A stretch of DNA of 61,474 bases from IMG/VR virus record IMGVR_UViG_3300050132_000042, positions 1-61,474 of that record; one strand, 5' to 3'. Below the pieces are notes generated by a model that ran no database searches, was not told the DNA's origin, and worked only from the letters and a program-made list of their open reading frames with translations. The number at the start of each line of letters is the position of its first letter. The first letter of the stretch is position 1. Positions 17,561-26,262 of this stretch are shown piece by piece. This stretch comes from a virus (taxonomy: Duplodnaviria > Caudoviricetes). Both the position numbers and the translations under genes were made by a program.

Positions 17561-19627
17561 GTGAGATTGCAAAAAGAAGATGCGAGGCGGTACGTGCCAA
17601 GAAAAAGTGTTAGGCCGGTTTGCGTCGATTTCGAGACCGAACCAATTCGGCCTCGCCCGGATTACCCCCCTAAACCAGTGGGAGTGTCTATTGTGTACCC
17701 AGGTCAAAAGTCCAGATATTATTCCTGGGGCCACCCCACAAAGAACAACTGCACTGAGGACGACGCTAAGCGGGCGCTGAAGCTAGCGTGGTCATGGAAT
17801 GATGGTGTGCTGGGTCATAACATACAGTTTGATTATGAAGTGGCAACCGCGCACATGGGCATGCCAGAACTTCCGTGGGATAAACTTTTTGAAACCATGT
17901 TCCTGCTGTTCCTTGACAACCCGCACGCCAAGGAGCTTGCACTGAAGCCCGCATGCGAGAGTCTGCTGGGTATGCCACCCGAGGAGCGTGATGCAGTTGG
18001 TGACTGGCTGTTCGAGCATGAGAGTGAACTGCATGCTTATGGCCTGTTGCCATCCGACGTGAGCTTGTCGCGAGACAAGAAGGCCAAACCGAGCAAGAGT
18101 GGCTGGCCGCAGTACTTCTCCGCCTGGGTCTGCCTTGCTCCTGGTGACATCGCTGGCAAGTATGCGAACGGTGACACCATCAGGACCGGCAAGCTGTTCG
18201 ACAAGTTGATGCCTGAGATCAAGAAGCGCAAGATGATGGAGGCGTACGACCGTGAGCGCAAGCTGATCCCGATTCTGATCGCCATCGAGCGGCAGGGCAT
18301 CCGGGTCGACCTGCAACGGCTTGATCATGACGCGCAGATGTACGACCAGTGCATGATTGACAGCGAGAAGTGGCTGCGCAAGAAGATGAAGGTCGGCGCT
18401 GATTTCAACCTCAACGCTGATCAGCAAGTCGTGCGGGCCATGGCCGCTGCTGGGCTGATCGATCTGGACAAGCTGGGCACCACGCCCAAGAGCAAGCCCG
18501 AGAAGATCACGTACAAGTCCGATGCCGACTCAATCGCAAACGCAGTCATCGACAAGGTGTTCGCAGGCGTGCTGAAGTATCGCAATCAACTCACCACCTG
18601 TTTGAACACGTTCATGAAGCCATGGCTCAAGGTGGCGCAGAAGTCTGGTGGGCTGATCTTCACTCACTGGAATCAGATCAGAAGTGAGAAGGCGGGCGCT
18701 CGCACGGGCCGGTTCTCATCGAGTCCGAACTTTCAGAACATCCCCACGATGTTCAAGCACATCTTCAAGCACACAGCATTGCGTGCCGCTGATGCGTGCG
18801 AGGAGAAAGACGAACAGGTCAAGCTGCTCGCACTGGCCAAGACCCTGCCAGTGCTGCCCCATGGGCTGCCGCTTACTGACTTGCCATTGTGTCGGGGCTA
18901 CATCATCCCGTACTTGCCGGGTCATCTGCTGATCGACCGTGACTTCTCCCAGCAGGAGCCGCGCATCTTCGCGCACTTCGAGGATGGGCCGCTGACTGCC
19001 GCGTACAACGCAAATCCATGGCTTGACCTGCATGATCATGCCAGTGACGAAATATTCAAGCTGCTGGGCAAGCGCTTCCCGCGCAAGAAGACGAAGATCA
19101 TCAACCTGGGGCTGCTCTACGGCAAGGGAATCAAGCTGCTCGCATCAGAACTTGATGACACTGAGGAAGTGGCGGCTGAACTGAAGAAGGCCGTGCTAAA
19201 GATCTTCCCCGGTCTACAGGAATTGAACAAGGACATGAAGCGGCGGGCCATGAGCAACCTGCCGTTCCGCACTTGGGGCGGGCGCGAGTACTTCTGCGAG
19301 CCGCCGAAGATCGTCGATGGTCGCACGATGACGTTCGATTACAAGATGATCAACTGTCTCGTGCAGGGTTCAGCAGCGGACTACACGAAGCAGGCGATGA
19401 TCGACTACTGGGAAGTGAAAGAGAAGGAGGTGTACTTGCTGCTCACGGTGCATGATGAATTGCTGACCAGTGCTCCAAGGGGGCCATTATTCAGTTCATA
19501 CATGAACACATTGCGCGATGCGATGCAGAAGCCCGAGCTTGACGTGCCGATGCGCAGCGAGGGCACGATCTCAGAAACCGATTGGGGCCACATGGCTCCG
19601 TACGATAAGAAAGGAGTGCTGGTATGA
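17561..19627 (+). CDS. polA: Family A DNA polymerase with a 3'-5' exonuclease domain
   Basis: ExoI VDFET, HNIQFD, RTGRFSSSPNFQNIP, motif A DFSQQEPR, motif B KIINLGLLYG, motif C TVHDE. Start codon uncertain (17519, 17561 or 17594). Confidence 0.95.
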   Translation: MRLQKEDARRYVPRKSVRPVCVDFETEPIRPRPDYPPKPVGVSIVYPGQKSRYYSWGHPTKNNCTEDDAKRALKLAWSWNDGVLGHNIQFDYEVATAHMGMPELPWDKLFETMFLLFLDNPHAKELALKPACESLLGMPPEERDAVGDWLFEHESELHAYGLLPSDVSLSRDKKAKPSKSGWPQYFSAWVCLAPGDIAGKYANGDTIRTGKLFDKLMPEIKKRKMMEAYDRERKLIPILIAIERQGIRVDLQRLDHDAQMYDQCMIDSEKWLRKKMKVGADFNLNADQQVVRAMAAAGLIDLDKLGTTPKSKPEKITYKSDADSIANAVIDKVFAGVLKYRNQLTTCLNTFMKPWLKVAQKSGGLIFTHWNQIRSEKAGARTGRFSSSPNFQNIPTMFKHIFKHTALRAADACEEKDEQVKLLALAKTLPVLPHGLPLTDLPLCRGYIIPYLPGHLLIDRDFSQQEPRIFAHFEDGPLTAAYNANPWLDLHDHASDEIFKLLGKRFPRKKTKIINLGLLYGKGIKLLASELDDTEEVAAELKKAVLKIFPGLQELNKDMKRRAMSNLPFRTWGGREYFCEPPKIVDGRTMTFDYKMINCLVQGSAADYTKQAMIDYWEVKEKEVYLLLTVHDELLTSAPRGPLFSSYMNTLRDAMQKPELDVPMRSEGTISETDWGHMAPYDKKGVLV

Positions 19628-19809
19628 AAGACCAGCCGTGGGTTGAACACATTCACTTTTTAGATATGCGCTGCGATCTGTGTGGTGACAACATCGAGGA
19701 TGGTGTGACGTATTACAGTCAAGTGTGGAAAGAGTGCAAGGGCGCAGCGTGGCGGCATCAGGATTTTTGCCGCACTTGCTATAATAAAATAATGCAAAGG
19801 GAGAAGTAA
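19624..19809 (+). CDS. Small Cys-rich protein
   Basis: CDLC...CRTC; ATGA overlap. Confidence 0.55.
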   Translation: MKDQPWVEHIHFLDMRCDLCGDNIEDGVTYYSQVWKECKGAAWRHQDFCRTCYNKIMQREK

Positions 19810-20345
19810 TGCCGACTCGACTGAAGAACCTGAAGGAACGCGCGCAGGTCATCGCCAAGGGACTCAATCACGACATGGGCACTTTCAATCGCGTTGACGC
19901 GGACGGCAGCGTGTGGGTGTCGTTCTGCTATGGCTGCGGGAGACAGATGATGGTCGACCCGGTCGACGGTGCAGGCTGCTGGGGCATTGCGATGACCGAG
20001 TTCTGCGGGCCGGTGCAGCCGGAAGTGCCGAAAGAATGCCGCAGCATTGCTGAGCAGATGGAGATCATCGAACTGAAGTGCGAACCCGAGCCGACGCGGG
20101 AACAGATGACCGTCGCAATCGATGAACTGGCTGAGCATGAACTTGCCGCAGTCATGGGTGTTGACGCGGCGAGCGGACCGGACAGGACCGTCATGGTCAG
20201 CACTGGCCCTGATGGCAACATGATAACGCATGAGCATAAGCTGAAGCCGCAGGGCAAGCTCAAGGAGTTCCCCGATGGCTCGATCTACGAAATGCGCGGC
20301 GACGGCTGGCGACGGCGCGATGATCTGCGAAGGAGGTCGTCTTGA
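19809..20345 (+). CDS. Hypothetical protein
   Basis: TAATG overlap; GGAG RBS. Confidence 0.55.
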   Translation: MPTRLKNLKERAQVIAKGLNHDMGTFNRVDADGSVWVSFCYGCGRQMMVDPVDGAGCWGIAMTEFCGPVQPEVPKECRSIAEQMEIIELKCEPEPTREQMTVAIDELAEHELAAVMGVDAASGPDRTVMVSTGPDGNMITHEHKLKPQGKLKEFPDGSIYEMRGDGWRRRDDLRRRSS

Positions 20346-20998
20346 CTGACCGCTTCACCACATGGTCATACAGTGCGTACTCGCAGTGGCGCGAGTGCCC
20401 GCGCAAGGCGTACTACGCACGCATCCTCAAGCTGCCCCAGCCAAGCTCGCCGCAGATGGATCGCGGCACTGCGATCCATCAGCTTGCCCAGGATTTCGTC
20501 GAGGGCAAGCACGTCGACATTCCCAACGAGTTGCGGCCATTCAAGGCGCAGTTCACCATGCTGCGCGACTCGAAAGCAATGTGCGAGCAGAACTGGGGCT
20601 TCACGTCGACATGGCAGCCGTGCGGGTTCTTCTCGCCCGACGTGTGGCTGCGCGTGAAGTGCGATGCCACCTACTATCAGTCACCGACCATCGCCGTGAT
20701 CGTCGATCACAAGACTGGCAAGATCTACGACGAGCATCATGATCAGCTTGATCTGTACGCGACTGTGGGCTTCATCATGCTCCCCGATGCACGCAAGATC
20801 ATCGCACAGGACTGGTATCTCGATCAGGACGCAGTGGTCGAAGATGTGTTCGAGTCGAAGCAGTCACGAGCACTGCGGCAGAAGTGGGACAAGCTGGTCG
20901 AGCCGTACTTCAACGATGACATCTTCCCATGCAAGCCGTCACCGAAATGCAAGTGGTGCGCATTCAGCAAGGCCAACCTTGGGCCTTGCGACTTCTGA
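20342..20998 (+). CDS. PD-(D/E)XK (Cas4/RecB-like) exonuclease
   Basis: WSYS...CPRK...RGTAIH...KCDA...VDHKTGK...QLDLY...CKWC...C. Confidence 0.85.
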   Translation: MTDRFTTWSYSAYSQWRECPRKAYYARILKLPQPSSPQMDRGTAIHQLAQDFVEGKHVDIPNELRPFKAQFTMLRDSKAMCEQNWGFTSTWQPCGFFSPDVWLRVKCDATYYQSPTIAVIVDHKTGKIYDEHHDQLDLYATVGFIMLPDARKIIAQDWYLDQDAVVEDVFESKQSRALRQKWDKLVEPYFNDDIFPCKPSPKCKWCAFSKANLGPCDF

Positions 20999-21006
20999 GG
21001 TGAACC

Positions 21007-21231
21007 ATGCGAATACTTTGTCTGATTTCCGGCGGTTGTCACTTTCAGACCTTGCGCGAGGAGTGGCTACCGCCCGACAAGCACTATCAGTACTCCCGGC
21101 TGTATCGCGTCGATGAGTGCCCGTGGTGCCATGACACACGAGCTACGATCACATCACCAGAGCCGGATGAGACGCGCACCACGCTACCGCGTCGGTTCCT
21201 GGACAATGGTCGATCTGAGGTGAAGGCATGA
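21007..21231 (+). CDS. Hypothetical protein
   Basis: GAGGTG RBS. Confidence 0.5.
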   Translation: MRILCLISGGCHFQTLREEWLPPDKHYQYSRLYRVDECPWCHDTRATITSPEPDETRTTLPRRFLDNGRSEVKA

Positions 21232-21391
21232 GACAAATCATTGCTGATTTACGCGGGGGCATTCCTGACAAGTGCGACTGCTGCGGGCGTGTCACACCAC
21301 CAGACGATCTTGAGCCTGTGTCTGGCGGAGAGTGGATCTGCGTCAAGTGCTTAGAGGCTGAACTTGATGCCATTCGAGCAGAGCGCGATCT

Positions 21392-21751
21392 ATGACCGGC
21401 CCCGAAGCAACCATCGAGCAGCGCGTCAACGAACGCGCCGAGAACGAGCTTGGGCTGCTGAATAGCAAGCTGGGCAAGGACGGCATGCCTGATCGTTGCT
21501 ACTGGATGCCGCAGGGCAAGCCAATCCTCATCGAGTACAAGGCACCGGGCGAACAGCCGACCAAGCGGCAGTGGTACTGGATCAATTTTCTGAGAGGACT
21601 TTCGTATGATGTCCAATGGTTCGATGATGCAGACAGAGCTTTCGATTATCTCGCCGCAGCCGTGGCGTCCTACACCATACATGATAAGGGGAACCCGCTT
21701 CCTGCTGGAGCACGCCAACGCTGCCGTGCTGGCCAAGCCGGGAGGTCGTAA
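21392..21751 (+). CDS. VRR-NUC nuclease
   Basis: EATIE...GMPDR...IEYKAPG...Q. Confidence 0.85.
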   Translation: MTGPEATIEQRVNERAENELGLLNSKLGKDGMPDRCYWMPQGKPILIEYKAPGEQPTKRQWYWINFLRGLSYDVQWFDDADRAFDYLAAAVASYTIHDKGNPLPAGARQRCRAGQAGRS

Positions 21752-23138
21752 GACCAGCATCACGCTCGCCGCGCTAAAGATTCTGTTCGACAAGAAGATG
21801 ATCAACCGCGTGCTGATCGTCGCCCCTCGTCTGGTTTGTTATGACACTTGGCCCGGCGAGATGGAGAAGTGGCTCGACTTCAACGGCTTCACCTATGCCG
21901 TGCTGCACGAGGGCGGCAAGGACTTCGATCTCATCCCACGCGTGCAGGTCTGCCTGATCAACTACGAGGGGGTGGACTGGCTGTTGGGCACAGTGAAGGA
22001 GAAGTATCAGGCCAAGGTGCGCAACAAGTGGACCGGCGGCATGGTCGACAGCACGCGCGTACGAGTGACGACGAACATGAAGCGCTTCAAGAGCTTCGGC
22101 TTCGACGTGCTGGTGATCGACGAACTCAGCAAGTACAAGCACCAGGACACGATCAGGTTCAAGGCACTCAAGGAGGTGATTCATACCTTCCGCTATCGCT
22201 GGGGCCTCACTGGTTCGCCTGCGGCCAACGGGCTGATCGATCTGTTCGGCCAGTGCTGGATTCTCGATCAGGGCAATGCGTTGGGCAAGTTCGTGACCCA
22301 CTTCCGCAAGGAGTACTTCGACGAAGACCCGCACACGCTGGAGTACGCCCTGAAGGAAGGTGCCGAGGAGAAGATCTACGAACGCATCGCCCCGCTAGCG
22401 TTCGTGCCTACCGAGCAGGACTACGAGCAACTTCCCGAGATGGTGATCCAGGACATCATGATCGATCTGCCTGATGACGTTCGCCGCATCTACGACGAAC
22501 TTCAGGATGATCTGATCACCGGCATCAAGAATCACATCATCGTCGCCAAGAACGCAGGCGCAGCCGCTACGAAATGTCGCCAAGTTGCCAGCGGCGGGAT
22601 CTACGTCAAGGATGCCCCGGTCATCGGCCAGAAGGCTGGGGCGCGTGAGTGGGTGAACCTGCACACCGAGAAGGTCGACGCGCTGATGGACTTGTTCGAG
22701 GAGCTTCAGCATGACCCGTTGCTGATCGCGTACGACTTCGAGCATGATATGGATCGTCTGCGCAAGAAGTTCAAGGGCAAGAACATCGTGTTCGCCTGTG
22801 ACGTTGCGCCTGCTGATTTCCGCAGGTTGGTGCAGCGCTGGAACAACGGCGATATCGATGGGTTGTTCGGTCATCCGGCGTCTATCGGGCACGGCCTGAA
22901 CTTGCAGGACGCAGGGTGCCATGTCGCATGGCATACGATGATCTACGATTTCGATCTGTACGATCAGTACAACCGGCGCGTGCTACGCAGCGGCAACAAG
23001 AGCAAGCGCGTGTTCATTCACCATTTCATTGCGCGTGACACGATTGATGAGATCGAAGCAGGCATGATGAAGTCGAAGGATCACACGCAGACATCGCTGT
23101 TTGCGGGGCTGCAACGACTGGGCAGGATCAGAGCGTGA
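21606..23138 (+). CDS. SNF2-family (SF2) helicase
   Basis: KPGGRKT, IDELS, LTGSP, GHGLNLQ and QYNRRVLRSG motifs. Confidence 0.9.
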   Translation: MMSNGSMMQTELSIISPQPWRPTPYMIRGTRFLLEHANAAVLAKPGGRKTSITLAALKILFDKKMINRVLIVAPRLVCYDTWPGEMEKWLDFNGFTYAVLHEGGKDFDLIPRVQVCLINYEGVDWLLGTVKEKYQAKVRNKWTGGMVDSTRVRVTTNMKRFKSFGFDVLVIDELSKYKHQDTIRFKALKEVIHTFRYRWGLTGSPAANGLIDLFGQCWILDQGNALGKFVTHFRKEYFDEDPHTLEYALKEGAEEKIYERIAPLAFVPTEQDYEQLPEMVIQDIMIDLPDDVRRIYDELQDDLITGIKNHIIVAKNAGAAATKCRQVASGGIYVKDAPVIGQKAGAREWVNLHTEKVDALMDLFEELQHDPLLIAYDFEHDMDRLRKKFKGKNIVFACDVAPADFRRLVQRWNNGDIDGLFGHPASIGHGLNLQDAGCHVAWHTMIYDFDLYDQYNRRVLRSGNKSKRVFIHHFIARDTIDEIEAGMMKSKDHTQTSLFAGLQRLGRIRA

Positions 23139-23264
23139 TTTGCCTCCGAAGATTTTGCATTATCCGAACCAAGAAAATGAACAGCGACGCGGCTTCGAGC
23201 CGATTCCTAGAACTTGTGGTCGACAGGCAAATCCTGTCCATCTGCACCATCCCAAGGAGAAGTC

Positions 23265-23477
23265 ATGGAAATGACCCCCGAGAACCTGGAAATAGTGAAG
23301 GGCTATCACAAAGAAATCCGCGATCTCAAGGCTGATCGCGACCACTGGCTGGATCGGCACACGGTTGCCGCCACCGCACTCGACGCCGCCAATACGAAAC
23401 TGACCCAGATGGTTGTTTGGCTCGAAGCGAACCAGCCGGATGTGTTTAAGCGCGGCATCTGGGGTTCCCTCAAGTAG
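23265..23477 (+). CDS. Cassette gene 1, coiled-coil hypothetical protein
   Basis: AAGGAGA RBS; MEMTPENLEIV. Confidence 0.65.
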   Translation: MEMTPENLEIVKGYHKEIRDLKADRDHWLDRHTVAATALDAANTKLTQMVVWLEANQPDVFKRGIWGSLK

Positions 23478-23497
23478 CGCCTGTCCAGGAGAACACC

Positions 23498-23635
23498 GTG
23501 CCCAAGAGCCGAAAGAACCCCAAGCGCAAGTTGACCCGGTGCGGGAACTGCCGGAAAGGGATGGTTTACCGGGGATCCTTGCCCCTCCGCATTTGTTCGC
23601 TATGCCACGGGACCGGCATGGTCCCTGAGAAATAG
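23498..23635 (+). CDS. Cassette gene 2, 45-aa zinc-finger peptide
   Basis: Own translation MPKSRKNPKRKLTRCGNCRKG...CSLCHGTGMVPEK; AGGAGA RBS. Confidence 0.65.
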   Translation: MPKSRKNPKRKLTRCGNCRKGMVYRGSLPLRICSLCHGTGMVPEK

Positions 23636-23660
23636 CACCTGTCCAGATGCGGGAGGCATC

Positions 23661-23801
23661 GTGAAACTCGCATGGCGCAAGCCTGACAATCCAACACTCT
23701 GGATCTTTGGGTTCATTTCCCTGATCTACCCCGGTACCGGAGAGCGCACTTACTCCATTTCCCTGGGGCGCTGGACCATCGTTTTGTTCCCCAAATCCTA
23801 A
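23661..23801 (+). CDS. Cassette gene 3, 46-aa hydrophobic peptide
   Basis: Own translation MKLAWRKPDNPTLWIFGFISLIYPG...LFPKS; GGGAGG RBS. Confidence 0.55.
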   Translation: MKLAWRKPDNPTLWIFGFISLIYPGTGERTYSISLGRWTIVLFPKS

Positions 23802-23824
23802 TCTGTCCAGATGCGGGAGGCATC

Positions 23825-24121
23825 GTGATCGAAGAACCCAACCCCTACAACCCGAAATACCGCATCCAATCGCATGGCTATGAAGCCTACGCAAAAGACC
23901 TTCGTGCCTGGGGTGATTCGCTCAAAGCCAGGGTCGCGGAACTGGAGCGTGACAAGGAGATCCTTGGCGAGCGGATTCGGGAAGTAGAGGTGAAGTGGCA
24001 GCGCACGGATGATGCGTTGGTCCGATATGGGGTGGCGTTGGCGCGGATCGTTGAGCGCCACACCGAAGGAACCCTGTTCCCTCAGACTGCCGCAAACATT
24101 GCCGCCGAAGCCCTCAAGTAG
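23825..24121 (+). CDS. Cassette gene 4, coiled-coil hypothetical protein
   Basis: GGGAGG RBS; LKARVAELERDK. Confidence 0.65.
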   Translation: MIEEPNPYNPKYRIQSHGYEAYAKDLRAWGDSLKARVAELERDKEILGERIREVEVKWQRTDDALVRYGVALARIVERHTEGTLFPQTAANIAAEALK

Positions 24122-24142
24122 CACCTGTCCAGGAGACTGCCG

Positions 24143-24475
24143 ATGAAAACCGCGAACATTGCTCCCGCCTACGCCGGTCTTTACGCTGGGCTATGCGAGG
24201 TGGCCCGAGAGAACGGCTACGCCCTGGCGATCCACGGCTCCCTCGCCAACGACATGGATCTGGTGGCCGTTCCCTGGATTGATGAGGCCGTGGCTCCCGA
24301 GGTTCTGGCCGAGGCCATATGGAAGCGCGTCCAATGGCTCAACCACCAGAACCAGTTCCCCTACCAGCCCAGTGCCATGCCCCATGGTCGCCTTGCGTGG
24401 TTCTTCCCGCTGCTCCAGGCCCCGCCAAACGAGGGCCGCTCTGGGATCGACCTTTCCATTACCCCGCGCACCTAG
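24143..24475 (+). CDS. Cassette gene 5, minimal nucleotidyltransferase-like protein
   Basis: GYALAIHGSLANDMDLVAVPW (GS...DxD). Confidence 0.65.
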   Translation: MKTANIAPAYAGLYAGLCEVARENGYALAIHGSLANDMDLVAVPWIDEAVAPEVLAEAIWKRVQWLNHQNQFPYQPSAMPHGRLAWFFPLLQAPPNEGRSGIDLSITPRT

Positions 24476-24517
24476 CGCACCTGTCCATTATCAGCCGTCT
24501 AACTAAAGGAGAACAGC

Positions 24518-24757
24518 ATGAAGAAGAAACTGCTCAGAGCAATCATCAACCTGATCGAAGACCTGAAAAGCAGTCAGCGTGAAGACGCGATTCGTGCCGA
24601 CGAACGCAAGCGCATCTTCAAGTTCTTCGACGGCAGCGAATCACTGACTGACTATCCGTTCGTCGTTACTCACTTCAATGATCGAAACAAGGACGGCGAC
24701 CCGTCGTTATACAGTGGCGACGACCTGCGCAAGATCCTGAAGGATGGTGTGCTGTGA
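24518..24757 (+). CDS. Hypothetical protein
   Basis: AAAGGAGA RBS. Confidence 0.6.
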   Translation: MKKKLLRAIINLIEDLKSSQREDAIRADERKRIFKFFDGSESLTDYPFVVTHFNDRNKDGDPSLYSGDDLRKILKDGVL

Positions 24758-24911
24758 TCAAGCGGGCGAGCTTCCTGGACATCACATCCATTGCAGTCCT
24801 ATCCACGGCCATTACGGTGGGTGCCCAGGCCACGCCGATCAAGTGGGGTGTGCTTGCATTCATCGCGGCCATCGCGATGCTGCATCTCTTGGACAGCATC
24901 AGGAGGAAAGT

Positions 24912-25064
24912 ATGAACTCGCTCATGTTGGTCATGGTGCTGCTGATGTCGCTCACGATCACGCTCGCGTTCTTCTGCCCGCTCGAATACAAGTACGCGGC
25001 AGTGATCCCGCTGATCGCCATGGCGTTCCTGGCCCGACTGTTCATCTGGGGACGACGCACATGA
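24912..25064 (+). CDS. Small two-TM membrane protein
   Basis: AGGAGG RBS; MNSLMLVMVLLMSLTITLAFF. Confidence 0.55.
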   Translation: MNSLMLVMVLLMSLTITLAFFCPLEYKYAAVIPLIAMAFLARLFIWGRRT

Positions 25065-25243
25065 ACAAGCTGAAGTGGAATCTTCTGATGCTCAAGCTCG
25101 ATGTCGATATCGGCTTGGTATCGATGATAGTGTTTCTGATCGTCCTGCTGATCATCTGCTTCTCGGTCAGCTACGGCATGACACGCTGGCAGGATCATGA
25201 AGCGGTGAAGTGGAATGTGGAACATCACAGGAGCAACTCATGA
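25061..25243 (+). CDS. Small membrane protein
   Basis: ATGA overlap; one hydrophobic segment. Confidence 0.5.
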   Translation: MNKLKWNLLMLKLDVDIGLVSMIVFLIVLLIICFSVSYGMTRWQDHEAVKWNVEHHRSNS

Positions 25244-25761
25244 GATCATCCGATCTTTGTCATGGCGATGTGCTGCTGTTCAACTGGCAAGCGCACCAGA
25301 GCATCTACGAGCGCGGTATCCGACTGATCACCGGCAGTCGGTTCGTGCATTGCGCCATCGTGCAGGAAGTTATTCTTGGGCCATACGTAAGAACCATTCT
25401 CGTGCTGGAACAGCTTCAGGAACGCCGCTGTGAGCCGGTCGAACTGTACAAGCCAGATCCGCAGTGCTCGATCATCTGCATGCGCCCCAAGTTCACGCCG
25501 CTGCCGTTCAACGCTGCTTTCGTGAATCACGCAGGATACAACTACTGGTCCATCGCTGACTCGCTGATCAATCACTTGCTGCACAGGCTCACGCTGAAGC
25601 GCTGGCAGTTCAGGCCCATGCTCACCAAGCTGAAGCCCGACCTGTATGACTGCTCGCAGCTTGTTGCGAAGCTGCTGAATGACAAGCTGTGGCAGACGCA
25701 GGAGCCCGACGACTTCTTCAACAATTCTGCATTCGACAATCTCGGAATCATCGAGTGGTGA
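25240..25761 (+). CDS. Permuted papain-like NlpC/P60 (YiiX-like) enzyme
   Basis: GDVLL...SRFVHCAIV (His first) ... YDCSQLVA (Cys later). Confidence 0.7.
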   Translation: MRSSDLCHGDVLLFNWQAHQSIYERGIRLITGSRFVHCAIVQEVILGPYVRTILVLEQLQERRCEPVELYKPDPQCSIICMRPKFTPLPFNAAFVNHAGYNYWSIADSLINHLLHRLTLKRWQFRPMLTKLKPDLYDCSQLVAKLLNDKLWQTQEPDDFFNNSAFDNLGIIEW

Positions 25762-25781
25762 AATCCTTCAAGGAGGAACTC

Positions 25782-26114
25782 ATGTCCGCAATCTCTGCAA
25801 TCGGCGGCTCAGCCGCTCCTGCATCACCCCACGCAGTCTCTCCTGCTGCTCATGCGCCTCATGGTGGTCACAAGCATGGCGGGCAGAACGACGACGTGCT
25901 GATCATCAGCCAGGATGGCATGGACGCACTCGCTGCATCGTCCGGCACAGTTGATCTGGTCGATCACAAGCATCATAAGCACCATCATGATCTTGCCCTG
26001 CTGGTCTACACGGACCCACGCATGGGTCATGGCCATGCGCAGTCATCAGGCGCAGTCGCCGCAGTGGGCACGGCTGGCTCTGCTGCTCCATCAGGCGGGG
26101 GCGCGGCGAAATGA
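25782..26114 (+). CDS. His-rich low-complexity protein
   Basis: AAGGAGG RBS; HKHHKHHH tract. Confidence 0.55.
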   Translation: MSAISAIGGSAAPASPHAVSPAAHAPHGGHKHGGQNDDVLIISQDGMDALAASSGTVDLVDHKHHKHHHDLALLVYTDPRMGHGHAQSSGAVAAVGTAGSAAPSGGGAAK

Positions 26115-26262
26115 AACGTGACAGCGCATGGGATGCATCTCGCGTTCCTGATGTGCTGATTGGGTGCAGTCGGCTCATACGGGAACTGATCGTCGAGCGG
26201 GAACAACTCAAGAAACAGGTCAAAGCATTGCGGGAAGAACTGCTGTCATGCAAGGAGCATCG

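Larger units (their letters stand above)
23233..24487 (+). repeat. Six intergenic (C/T)CTGTCCA repeats delimiting five small genes
   Basis: Copies at 23233, 23480, 23638, 23802, 24124 and 24480. The last five start 0-4 nt after a stop codon, and all precede an RBS. Confidence 0.9.

Noticed and set aside
20342-20998. Cas4 as evidence of a CRISPR system
   Set aside because: Stand-alone Cas4-like PD-(D/E)XK nucleases are routine in phage replication modules.
21606-21751. Long overlap of VRR-NUC and helicase as a possible frameshift fusion
   Set aside because: Both ORFs have plausible starts and no clear slippery site was seen; the overlap is explained by a run-on VRR-NUC tail.
23233-24487. CRISPR array or classical integron attC interpretation of the repeats
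   Set aside because: Repeats are only 8-26 nt, the spacers are whole genes of variable length, there is no attC-type GTTRRRY palindrome, and no cas or intI gene is present.
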